From assembly GCA_037137535.1 (NCBI GenBank), contig JBAXKC010000019.1, forward strand, positions 1-53,740: a stretch of 53,740 nt of DNA, given 5' to 3'. Of the stretch, positions 10,003 to 18,613 are shown piece after piece (the first letter of the stretch is position 1; each line of letters opens with the position of its first letter). The stretch comes from a bacterium. Lineage in GTDB: Bacteria > Cyanobacteriota > Vampirovibrionia > Gastranaerophilales > JBAXKC01. Below the pieces are notes generated by a model. It was not told the origin of the DNA and made no database searches. It was given only the letters and a program-made list of their open reading frames with translations. Made by a program: the position numbers and the translations under genes.

Positions 10003-11091
10003 ATGGCAGACCCAATTTGTAGATGGAGAAATCCCTATATTGAAACTGTATTTGAATTGATAAATTTATTGCCTAAGGAGGAAATGTCTCAAGTTCGGGC
10101 AAGAGAAATTGTTATAGACAATTCGCCCTATAACTTTTATAAAACACCTTATCAATTAGCCTGTCAGCTTGGATTGTATCACGAGACTAATGGACGGTAT
10201 TTCCCAAAGTTTACATACAGTCCTTCCATCCAAGAGATTCATGACTACGTAACAAATTGGATTATACATTATTGTATCCCCAATCCATATACTAGGGGCT
10301 TTGATAATTTTCAACCATTTTCAATTCACTCTGAAATATGCAGAAGTTTAGAGGCTGCTCAAAGTCCTTTAAATTGGGATCTTGTAAAAAATAATATTTT
10401 CCAACAACAAATTGGAAATAATGATATACTAATAAATTCTATAAATTCTTACTCTCCAGTAATATCAATATCAGATAGTTCGGTTCAGCTAAAAGAAGGC
10501 CAAAACTATGCAAATTTACAGGCCTATATAAACGTTGATATAGTTAACGATAGAAATAATAAAGAATACTTTTTTGATTTATTTGGCTTGCCAAATCAAA
10601 ATAATGTTGGTCAACAAATCGAAAATCCTGATATAATTACAAATGTAAGCAGGGAAGAAATTGCTGTGCTTAATCAGTTACAAGACACGCCAAATTTAAC
10701 TCAAACTGAAAAAAACCAAATTGTAGCTGCAAGAATTGGGCAGGGTTATTTTCGAAGAAGTTTAATTTATGAATGTGGATTTTGTCCAATAACCGGAGTT
10801 GATGATAGCAGGTTCTTAATTGCAAGTCATATAAAACCATGGAAGTCAAGCAGCAATCAAGAACGACTATATGCGAAAAATGGACTTCTTTTTACACCGA
10901 CCTATGATAAATTATTTGACAAAGGATATATTTCTTTTACAAACGACAAGCGCATTATCGTTTCCCCCCTGGTTTCAAATGAAAATAAATTACGAGTGAA
11001 CCTAGTTGAAGGGAATGTATATCCACTTTTACCGGTTATTGGTCGAGAACTCTTTTTGGATTATCACAGACAAAATGTTTTTAGATGGTAG
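10003..11091 (+). CDS. HNH endonuclease (C-terminal HNH_2-like domain), putative modification-dependent restriction enzyme
   Basis: ARIGQGYFR...CPITG...LIASHIKPW...NGLL...DKLFDKGYI...YH. Confidence 0.88.
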   Translation: MADPICRWRNPYIETVFELINLLPKEEMSQVRAREIVIDNSPYNFYKTPYQLACQLGLYHETNGRYFPKFTYSPSIQEIHDYVTNWIIHYCIPNPYTRGFDNFQPFSIHSEICRSLEAAQSPLNWDLVKNNIFQQQIGNNDILINSINSYSPVISISDSSVQLKEGQNYANLQAYINVDIVNDRNNKEYFFDLFGLPNQNNVGQQIENPDIITNVSREEIAVLNQLQDTPNLTQTEKNQIVAARIGQGYFRRSLIYECGFCPITGVDDSRFLIASHIKPWKSSSNQERLYAKNGLLFTPTYDKLFDKGYISFTNDKRIIVSPLVSNENKLRVNLVEGNVYPLLPVIGRELFLDYHRQNVFRW

Positions 11092-11140
11092 TACTCAAAA
11101 GGGTATTGGACCAATATTTTAAATATCATAAATTTTGACA

Positions 11141-12289
11141 ATGGAAAAAATTCGGAATTTATTAAATCAAGTAACAATAATTAGCAAAAAAAATGCTGAA
11201 ATATTAGATGCAACGGGAGGGCAATTTAATATGTTCCGTGTTTGTGGAGTAAATCATTACGAAAATACACATTCTGCAATAATTGCAGAATTTTTAAATA
11301 CATATGGAACGCACGGTTTAAAATCGAAACTACTTGAATGTTTTATTGAAACTTTGGGTGAAAAATTTAGTATTCAAGATTTCAAATTTGAAAAATCAAG
11401 AGTCCGAACTGAATACTCAACTGAGGAAGGAAGGATTGACATTTTAATTGAAGACAATCATAACAAAGCGATAATTATAGAAAACAAAATTTACGCTATT
11501 GATCAAAACGAACAGCTTAAAAGATATAATAGATTTGCTAAAAAGTATAAAAATGGCTACCAAATTATTTATCTAACACTATTGGGAGATAATGCCTCTG
11601 TACAAAGTGGCGAAGGGGTTTCTTATTTGCCAATTTCTTATAAAGAAAGTATAATAGAGTGGCTTGAAAAATGTGTATCAATTGCTTCTCGATTTCCAAT
11701 AGTAAGAGAAACAATTATTCAATATATTAACCACTTAAAACAACTAACAAATCAAGATATGGACACAAAAAATAAAGAAGAAATAACAGAAGTGCTATCA
11801 AATATTGATAATTTGAAAGCAGCTAAAGTAATATTTCAGAATTACTCTACTACTTTTAATTATCTAATCAAAAAACATTTTAATTCTAAAATGGAGGAAT
11901 TTGCAAAACAAAAAGGATTAGATTATCACTATGAAAGAAGTGAAGAGTTTTATGTGAAATTTTATCTAACAAGCCCAAATTGGCAAGGAAAATATTGGAT
12001 AGGATTTACTTTTGAGGAGAATCGTTGTTTTTATGGGATATGCAACAAACTAAATACTTATAGGGTTTCTGATGAAAACAGAAAAATTATTCACAAACGG
12101 TTGAATGAATTAGGTATTAACTCTCGTAAAGAAAGTAATTGGTGGCCATTTTATGCGCATTTTGAAAACTTAACACTTGAGACCTGGGAAAGTGATATAA
12201 TAAAAAGCGATATTTTTCTAAATGATTGTAAAGAAAAAATTGAAAAATTATTAGCCGCATTAGATATGATAACAAATTTGGAAAAATAG
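11141..12289 (+). CDS. PD-(D/E)XK nuclease superfamily protein (PDDEXK_4-like)
   Basis: ENTHSAIIAEFLN...HG, GRIDILIE...IIIENKI...QLKRY. Confidence 0.85.
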   Translation: MEKIRNLLNQVTIISKKNAEILDATGGQFNMFRVCGVNHYENTHSAIIAEFLNTYGTHGLKSKLLECFIETLGEKFSIQDFKFEKSRVRTEYSTEEGRIDILIEDNHNKAIIIENKIYAIDQNEQLKRYNRFAKKYKNGYQIIYLTLLGDNASVQSGEGVSYLPISYKESIIEWLEKCVSIASRFPIVRETIIQYINHLKQLTNQDMDTKNKEEITEVLSNIDNLKAAKVIFQNYSTTFNYLIKKHFNSKMEEFAKQKGLDYHYERSEEFYVKFYLTSPNWQGKYWIGFTFEENRCFYGICNKLNTYRVSDENRKIIHKRLNELGINSRKESNWWPFYAHFENLTLETWESDIIKSDIFLNDCKEKIEKLLAALDMITNLEK

Positions 12290-12345
12290 CACCAATAAGA
12301 TCTATAATTATTAGAAAAATAAATAAATCTATATTAAAAAGGGTA

Positions 12346-12381
12346 AGCGCCACGCTTTGACGCTCTGCCTGTTCAAATTTG
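12346..12381 (+). promoter_or_regulatory. Operator-like inverted repeat (motif A) plus -7 box upstream of the AAA-WYL1 operon
   Basis: AGCGCCA-N5-TGACGCT (6/7 palindrome), 9 nt, then CAAATTTG, a TAnnTTTG variant. Confidence 0.55.
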
Positions 12382-12400
12382 TTCCCTAAAACAAATTTGT

Positions 12401-13474
12401 ATGGAAACACCCCAACTTCAACATTCAAGCATGACTTTGTTTGATGAAGCCAATTCTTTTATTAATACTAATCGTTTTTACTATGGTTATTTCTCAACCA
12501 TTCCGAATGTAAAAGAGCTGGATTATTTAGATGGCACTAAAGTGAGAAAATGGATATTAAAAGAATGGTCAACTAAAATAATGTCTTCCTATGTTCATAA
12601 AGAATATGTTCGTAAAAAGAAAGAGTTCTTTTATTCTGATGCACTATTTATTTTAGAGAATAGGATGATTTTAGAGTTGCGTAGGTCATCTATATTAATT
12701 TTCTATGACCCCATTTTTGAAGAAGAATCAACCAAAGTTCTGTTGCAATTCTTGCCTTTTACAAAGAAGAATAAGATAACACAGGAAATCAGTATGGTAA
12801 TAAATGCCATGTCTGGTATTACAACAACTAATATTAAAATTAAAAAGCCCAAGCTCGAGATTTCAAAACACTACAACTTTGATCTGTCAGCTACACATAA
12901 GTCGGTTTTTAGTTTTCTAAAAACCAAAGAAAAGAGCGGGTTGCATTTGTTTTATGGCACACCTGGTACTGGTAAATCAACCTATATCCGTTATTTGTTG
13001 AGAAGCATTCGCAAAAAAGTAATTTTTCTTCCACCTGGACTGGCTTCAAGTTTAGATTCCCCAAGTTTCACCTCTCTAATTATAGAAAACCCAAACACGG
13101 TTTTTGTGATTGAAGATGCAGAAGAACTGCTCGTATCTCGAAATGGTACACGAAACAGCAGTTTGTCAATGATCTTGAACCTTACCGATGGACTTTTAGG
13201 AGAATGTCTTGGTATTCAGATTATTGCCACATTCAATACAGATTTAAAAAATATTGATAAGGCGCTTTTGCGCAAGGGCCGATTGCTAACGATGTACGAG
13301 TTTGGTAAGTTATCTATTGAAAGATCTAAAGCGCTCCTACATTCTTTAGGAGAATATAAATACATGGTAATGCAACCCATGACCTTAGCTGAAATTTATA
13401 ACATTAAGGAAGAAAACTATGAAGTTAAAAACCAAAGAACCCCAATTGGGTTTTTAGCGAATGTTGGCGCCTAA
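12401..13474 (+). CDS. AAA+ ATPase
   Basis: Walker A YGTPGTGKST, Walker B VIEDAE, sensor TFN, DKALLRKGR arginine finger. Confidence 0.88.
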   Translation: METPQLQHSSMTLFDEANSFINTNRFYYGYFSTIPNVKELDYLDGTKVRKWILKEWSTKIMSSYVHKEYVRKKKEFFYSDALFILENRMILELRRSSILIFYDPIFEEESTKVLLQFLPFTKKNKITQEISMVINAMSGITTTNIKIKKPKLEISKHYNFDLSATHKSVFSFLKTKEKSGLHLFYGTPGTGKSTYIRYLLRSIRKKVIFLPPGLASSLDSPSFTSLIIENPNTVFVIEDAEELLVSRNGTRNSSLSMILNLTDGLLGECLGIQIIATFNTDLKNIDKALLRKGRLLTMYEFGKLSIERSKALLHSLGEYKYMVMQPMTLAEIYNIKEENYEVKNQRTPIGFLANVGA

Positions 13475-13488
13475 TCAATTATTGAAAG

Positions 13489-14394
13489 ATGTCTAAAGAA
13501 ACATTTATCGCCCGTTTTGCTTTGATCATTCGCCGCTTAGAAAATGGACCAGCTACCTATGATCAGATAGCCGATTTCCTTCAAACAGAATCAGATATTC
13601 ATGATAAGAACTATGCAATTTCTATTCGTACACTTCAACGAGATATAAAAGACATATACTCGCAGTTCAATATCGAAATTGTAAATGAGAAATCAGGCGA
13701 TAAACGTTACTATATAAAATCACGCCCGGAAACCGTTGAACATAGTCAGCGGTTAATGGAATCCTACCAGATAATAAACGCCATTAATGCTTCACAGGAT
13801 TTTGCAGATAAGGTTTTTCTTGAAACGCGTCAACCAAAAGGCCTGGAGCATTTTCACGGATTGCTTTATGCCATAAATCAAAAAAGGATTCTGCAGTTTA
13901 ATCATTTTAAATATTGGGATGAAACCATTACCGATAGAAAAGTTCACCCTCTAGCATTAAAAGAAGCGCAAGGAAGATGGTATTTGATTGCGGTAGATAC
14001 ACAAGACAAACGATTGAAGACATTTGGCCTGGACCGTATGGATATGATTGATATTCAGAAAACTAGCTTTCGCGAAAAGTATGCATATAATTTAAAGGAG
14101 CTTTTTCAGGATGCATTTGGAATTGTATTTCAGGAGAATCAAGATCCGGAAATGGTTCAATTAAAATTTAGCTATGAGCAAGGTCAATATATTAAGACTT
14201 ATCCTTTGCATCATTCTCAACAAATTGTAAAAGAATCAAAAGATGAACTGGTTGTAGAACTAAGGATTCATATCACTTTTGATTTTGTAAAGGAAATGCT
14301 TTCATTCGGTCCAGAGTTGGTAGTGTTACAACCGGAATCGCTTCGCACAACCATAAGTAATCAATTAAGAAAAACAATAGAAGTTTACAGTTAA
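13489..14394 (+). CDS. WYL domain transcriptional regulator 1 (wHTH-WYL-WCX)
   Basis: HTH SIRTLQRDI, HPLALKE..GRWYL, FGLDRM, YPLHHSQ. Confidence 0.93.
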   Translation: MSKETFIARFALIIRRLENGPATYDQIADFLQTESDIHDKNYAISIRTLQRDIKDIYSQFNIEIVNEKSGDKRYYIKSRPETVEHSQRLMESYQIINAINASQDFADKVFLETRQPKGLEHFHGLLYAINQKRILQFNHFKYWDETITDRKVHPLALKEAQGRWYLIAVDTQDKRLKTFGLDRMDMIDIQKTSFREKYAYNLKELFQDAFGIVFQENQDPEMVQLKFSYEQGQYIKTYPLHHSQQIVKESKDELVVELRIHITFDFVKEMLSFGPELVVLQPESLRTTISNQLRKTIEVYS

Positions 14395-14404
14395 TAATGC
14401 TGTT

Positions 14405-14770
14405 ATGAATTACAAAAAGGAAGAAAATAAATTTGAGTTTGATATTGAGGATGCTCTAGATATTGTTTTGGAAAATATATCTGAATCTCTAAAATCAAAA
14501 TTTACACGCGAACTAGTAAAAATTGTTCTTGAATTGGAACAGGTGTATCTGGAAGAACTAGGTATCATTTTACCTGAAGGAGCTCCTGAACCAATATGTA
14601 ACTATCCTATTAATGTTGACTGGGATGAATTAAAATATCAAATAGCATTTCGTGCAGTTAAAGATGATATTTTTATAACCGAAGAAGAGTTAGATCAGAT
14701 TCTAGATGCCGAAACATTGTATTTACAAATAAATGGACAGATTAGCGACATGGATGATTTATTAAACTAA
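14405..14770 (+). CDS. Hypothetical acidic protein
   Basis: 121-aa ORF tightly packed in the operon. Confidence 0.65.
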   Translation: MNYKKEENKFEFDIEDALDIVLENISESLKSKFTRELVKIVLELEQVYLEELGIILPEGAPEPICNYPINVDWDELKYQIAFRAVKDDIFITEEELDQILDAETLYLQINGQISDMDDLLN

Positions 14771-14792
14771 TCGATCAATAAATAAAGAGGTG

Positions 14793-15344
14793 ATGGATTT
14801 TGATAAAAAGATACATAAACAACTAAAACATTCTTTCTACCTACATAGTGAGTATATACATTTTGATGAACAATTTGAAGACGACGATGATGAGATTGAT
14901 GTTGACGAAGATGAATTTGATCAATGGATGGATGATGAGAAAGAAGGAATTAATGATGCGGATCGCAAACTAGACAGCGATTTCTATCCGCAACTTTCAA
15001 CACTTGATGCAGTATTTGAAAAAATTCACCAGCAATTTCCCAACCTCACCTGGAATCCAATGACTGAGCCGCCCATACAAGGAAAGGAAATGATCTTTCA
15101 TTTTGCTAAAGTTTATACTGCTAATGGAAATGGATTATTAGAATTTACTATTCAGACAGAAGACAACATGGTTTATCTGCCTTTACGTGTGGATGTAAGT
15201 ATAACCGATTATCCATATAGTGAAGTTAGAAAAATGGCGAAAGAGAATAATTGGTATTTATATCATTTAAATGCTTTTGAGTACCTGGATGTGGAAGATG
15301 ATAGTGAAACGGGGAAAGATTTGATTTCTCCTATAATCTTTTAA
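14793..15344 (+). CDS. Hypothetical acidic protein
   Basis: ORF with D/E-rich stretch; operon spacing. Confidence 0.65.
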   Translation: MDFDKKIHKQLKHSFYLHSEYIHFDEQFEDDDDEIDVDEDEFDQWMDDEKEGINDADRKLDSDFYPQLSTLDAVFEKIHQQFPNLTWNPMTEPPIQGKEMIFHFAKVYTANGNGLLEFTIQTEDNMVYLPLRVDVSITDYPYSEVRKMAKENNWYLYHLNAFEYLDVEDDSETGKDLISPIIF

Positions 15345-15377
15345 CTCATTAATTTCAAAAGCAAAAAACCACATTTT

Positions 15378-15656
15378 ATGGAAACCGATAATTATAAAGA
15401 AAATCTCAAAGAGGCGTTGATCAACTTGAATAATGTTAATCAAACTATATTCGATTCTATTGTATCCGTTTCAATGCAGGGGGAGTTAAAAGAATGGAAC
15501 GACTCAGTACCAATTGGCGAATCCCATCAGTTTAGTTTTGAGTTATTTAAAAACAGTAGTGATACTAATATTCAGCTCCTCGTTAAGCTAATTGAAAATG
15601 TAGACGCCACTTATGAGTCTATAAAAAACATCAATTCCATTGCATTAGAAAGGTAA
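15378..15656 (+). CDS. Hypothetical protein
   Basis: 92-aa ORF, operon spacing. Confidence 0.6.
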   Translation: METDNYKENLKEALINLNNVNQTIFDSIVSVSMQGELKEWNDSVPIGESHQFSFELFKNSSDTNIQLLVKLIENVDATYESIKNINSIALER

Positions 15657-15666
15657 AATTTAAAAA

Positions 15667-16509
15667 ATGATAACAAATCAAGAAACCAATTTTGTATACC
15701 TGTCTGACCAGATGGAGCATAAATGTCCCACAACATTCTCACAACTTACTTTTTGGTTTAAGAAACTAGGAATCGGCTATGGTATCTTATCTAACACAAA
15801 AGATCTTTGGGTTAGAGATTTTATGCCAATTCAGTATGATGCCAACAAATTCATGCAATACAAATATGACCCACAATATTTAAAAACAATCAAGGGGCAA
15901 AAGACTATCTCAGACGTTAAAGCCATCTGCGACACATTGAATATTAGTATTGCAAAAACATCAATTGTGCTAGACGGAGGTAATTTGGTGAAATCTAAAC
16001 ACAAAGCTATCATCAGTACCAGGGTTTTTAAAGATAATCATGGTTATCCCAGACAAAGCCTTATTAACGAAATTAAAAACCAGCTTCAGGTAAATCAGGT
16101 GATTTTGATTCCAGAGGAACCAGGTGATTTTACCGGACATTCTGATGGGGTTATCAGGTTTATAGATGAAAATACTGTACTATTGAATGAGTATCCTTAT
16201 GACAAAAAGTATCTTGTTTATTTTGAGTCAATATATGCAGCACTTAGAAATGCCAGATTAGACATCTGTCCAATACCGTATACCAGCTGGAAGAATAAAA
16301 GTTCAAATGATGCAACAGGTTGCTATATCAATTTTCTGGAAATTGGTAAGTATATCTTTTGTCCAGCATACGGACAACTGGAAGATCAATGGGCTTTGAT
16401 TCAATTAAAGGAGGTTTTCAAGGACAGAGAAATTATAGATATTCAATGTGCACAATTGGCTGAATACGGTGGAGTTCTAAATTGTGCCACCTGGAATATT
16501 TTAAAGTAA
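15667..16509 (+). CDS. Agmatine deiminase / peptidyl-arginine deiminase family protein
   Basis: WVRD, LDGGN, GHSDG and C-terminal GGVLNC catalytic Cys. Confidence 0.9.
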   Translation: MITNQETNFVYLSDQMEHKCPTTFSQLTFWFKKLGIGYGILSNTKDLWVRDFMPIQYDANKFMQYKYDPQYLKTIKGQKTISDVKAICDTLNISIAKTSIVLDGGNLVKSKHKAIISTRVFKDNHGYPRQSLINEIKNQLQVNQVILIPEEPGDFTGHSDGVIRFIDENTVLLNEYPYDKKYLVYFESIYAALRNARLDICPIPYTSWKNKSSNDATGCYINFLEIGKYIFCPAYGQLEDQWALIQLKEVFKDREIIDIQCAQLAEYGGVLNCATWNILK

Positions 16510-16529
16510 TTATTACAAGTAGGAAATAG

Positions 16530-16547
16530 AATAAAAGCGCTTTTATT
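16530..16547. promoter_or_regulatory. Perfect 18-bp palindrome AATAAAAGCGCTTTTATT (motif D)
   Basis: Near-identical copy at 23187-23204; looser copies at 17281, 18446, 20915, 21571 and 21646. Confidence 0.5.
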
Positions 16548-16563
16548 TAGCTATCTTTTTATT

Positions 16564-17247
16564 ATGAAAATTGCAACCTGGAATATCGAAAGGCCTTCTG
16601 CAAACTCTAAAAGAGTCCCCTTTATTCTTAATGAGCTAAGAAGAATAAAAGCGGATATATTCATCTTGACGGAAAGCAACGAGTGTATCATTCCAAATTC
16701 TTCATACCATATTAAGAACTCTAGCCCCTTTGTTGAGTTTCAGCCACAAAAAGGGGAAGTTCGCGTAAGTATACTTTCTAGGTATTCCATTATTTCAGAG
16801 GAAGAAACTTTTCAATCAGATAAAAGCGCTTGTATAGTACTTGATACAACTATTGGAAAGCTGGCAGTATATGGAACGATTATAGGTATAACTGGAAACA
16901 GGGCTCCGGATTTTCAAAAAGACTTGGACATGATTATAAAGGATATTGACCACATCAGTAAGCTATATCCTTTATGTATCGCTGGGGATTTCAACATGTC
17001 ATTCTCTGATATTTACTATTTCACAAAGGAAGGGAAGGAAAAACTGAACGCTTGCTTTGAGCGGAACAATTTAATAAATATGACTGCGGGAGTAAAAAAT
17101 AATATCGATCATATTGTTTTACCCCAAAACCTTGCTTCTCTTCAAAACGGGCAACCAAAAGTGTGGAATAATGTAAATAAATTAGAAAAGAAAGATTGTT
17201 TGAGTGATCATCAAGGTGTCTGTGTAGAAATTAATTACTCATTATAA
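16564..17247 (+). CDS. Endonuclease/exonuclease/phosphatase (EEP) family protein
   Basis: KIATWNI, LTE, AGDFN, IDHI, SDH. Confidence 0.9.
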   Translation: MKIATWNIERPSANSKRVPFILNELRRIKADIFILTESNECIIPNSSYHIKNSSPFVEFQPQKGEVRVSILSRYSIISEEETFQSDKSACIVLDTTIGKLAVYGTIIGITGNRAPDFQKDLDMIIKDIDHISKLYPLCIAGDFNMSFSDIYYFTKEGKEKLNACFERNNLINMTAGVKNNIDHIVLPQNLASLQNGQPKVWNNVNKLEKKDCLSDHQGVCVEINYSL

Positions 17248-17276
17248 ATAGGTGGTGATCTAAGAATATAATTTTG
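17241..17276 (+). promoter_or_regulatory. Motif B operator plus -7 box
   Basis: ATTATAAATAGGTGGTGAT-N9-TAATTTTG. Confidence 0.6.
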
Positions 17277-17395
17277 AATTCATAAAAGCACTTAAATTTG
17301 CTTTATCATCAAGAACCCTTCAATGGGTACCAACCGAGAGCAACAACTCCACGGTGGTAAAATGATGAGGACTTACAGTCAAAATAAAATGTAAA
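17269..17395 (+). repeat. 127-bp exact direct repeat, copy 1
   Basis: Identical to 18434-18560; weaker similarity continues to the ATGs (TCATACTATG in both). Confidence 0.95.
17306..17395 (+). ncRNA. Candidate minimal SAM-I-family (SAM-I/IV-like) riboswitch aptamer, copy 1
   Basis: P1 UCAUC/GAUGA, J1/2 AAGA, short P2 ACCC/GGGU, P3 ACCAACC...GGUGGU, AA, 3' hairpin GAC/GUC. Starts just after the -7 box TAAATTTG (17293-17300). Confidence 0.55.
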
Positions 17396-17444
17396 CTCCT
17401 TATTTCTTCTTGGTTTGATTTTTTAACTTTTAAATTATCATACT

Positions 17445-17720
17445 ATGTCAAACACGGAACACGAATTACCAAAACAAGAAATCAAGAATTCTGAAGAAAG
17501 GACATCCTTAGAAATATTAAACAGTAAGCGTATGTGGGACAAAGCCGGAACCGGATTTTCTATACCATATCAGAAACCTTCCCAAACTACCCGATCATGG
17601 AAGCATACTGACATATTAAAAGAATGTAATGAAGACTTGGGAATTAAAACTACAAGTTCAGATAGTTCTTCTTCTGATGAAAACTCAATAGAAATAACAT
17701 TTTTTAAAAAGAAACAATAA
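17445..17720 (+). CDS. Hypothetical protein
   Basis: 91-aa ORF directly behind leader copy 1. Confidence 0.55.
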   Translation: MSNTEHELPKQEIKNSEERTSLEILNSKRMWDKAGTGFSIPYQKPSQTTRSWKHTDILKECNEDLGIKTTSSDSSSSDENSIEITFFKKKQ

Positions 17721-17791
17721 AAGTCAGACTGAGAGTATTCTAATCGGAAGAAATTCCTACTGATTGGACTCGCTTTGTAAATTAGAAATCA

Positions 17792-18187
17792 ATGATGACA
17801 AACGCTTATATAGATCAAATATTAATTGCTGTCGGATTAAAACGCAGAATTATAGCTAAGGATCCACAATTTTATGTTTGTGACAAAACTCAATTCATCG
17901 AATATGTTTCAAAACAGTACCAACAAAATTCGGAGCTAAGGGAAATGGATGAAGTCTACAGCATGTGTGAACAAATACTGTTACATAAAGAATCTGGATT
18001 AAGGTTTAGATATTCAACCTATGAGAACTATGTTGGAGATGAAGTTGAGTATAAATTAATTGAAATGTTTGTATTGAATAGCCTTAATCAACAGTTAGAG
18101 CTGATAGAAGTTAATATGAGAACAAGGGTAGTAGTAACTAAAGAGGGTCATTTTTCATTTGATGAATTGAGTAAATCCAAATATTAA
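17792..18187 (+). CDS. Hypothetical protein
   Basis: 131-aa ORF. Confidence 0.6.
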   Translation: MMTNAYIDQILIAVGLKRRIIAKDPQFYVCDKTQFIEYVSKQYQQNSELREMDEVYSMCEQILLHKESGLRFRYSTYENYVGDEVEYKLIEMFVLNSLNQQLELIEVNMRTRVVVTKEGHFSFDELSKSKY

Positions 18188-18235
18188 AACCAAAAATGAT
18201 AATAAAATCCTAATTGTGTAAAGTAAACAAACACC

Positions 18236-18409
18236 ATGGCTAAATATGGATTTTCCTTTTCCTGGAAACGAGCTCTTGGAGTAACAAGCGCCAAACAAAA
18301 GTTTGCTCGACAAACCGGTATCCCAACTACCAAAACCGGGATGGAAAGAAAGTTAGGTGGATCAATTGTTAGTTTACTATTAGGTTTATTTGGTGGAAAG
18401 AAGAAATAG
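18236..18409 (+). CDS. Small basic conserved hypothetical protein (57 aa), absent from the ORF track
   Basis: MAKYGFSFSWKRALGVTSAKQKFARQTGIPTTKTGMERKLGGSIVSLLLGLFGGKKK; the FSFSWKRALG/TGIPTT pattern is one I recognise from small hypothetical proteins. Confidence 0.75.
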   Translation: MAKYGFSFSWKRALGVTSAKQKFARQTGIPTTKTGMERKLGGSIVSLLLGLFGGKKK

Positions 18410-18441
18410 ACAATAGGTGGTAATCTGATAATTTAATTTTG
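18406..18441 (+). promoter_or_regulatory. Motif B operator plus -7 box
   Basis: ATAGACAATAGGTGGTAAT-N9-TAATTTTG. Confidence 0.55.
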
Positions 18442-18560
18442 AATTCATAAAAGCACTTAAATTTGCTTTATCATCAAGAACCCTTCAATGGGTACCAACC
18501 GAGAGCAACAACTCCACGGTGGTAAAATGATGAGGACTTACAGTCAAAATAAAATGTAAA
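18434..18560 (+). repeat. 127-bp exact direct repeat, copy 2
   Basis: Identical to 17269-17395 (offset 1165). Confidence 0.95.
18471..18560 (+). ncRNA. Candidate minimal SAM-I-family riboswitch aptamer, copy 2
   Basis: Identical to copy 1. Confidence 0.55.
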
Positions 18561-18613
18561 TCCCAAACTCATTTTTCCTGGTGTGATTTTTTAAACAATT
18601 AAAACTTCATACT

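Noticed and set aside
17361-17385. TGATGA-GGAC...GTC-AAAA resembling a hammerhead core
   Set aside because: Lacks the required C of CUGANGA and G of GAAA; no stems I/III; the SAM-I-like fold explains the sequence better.
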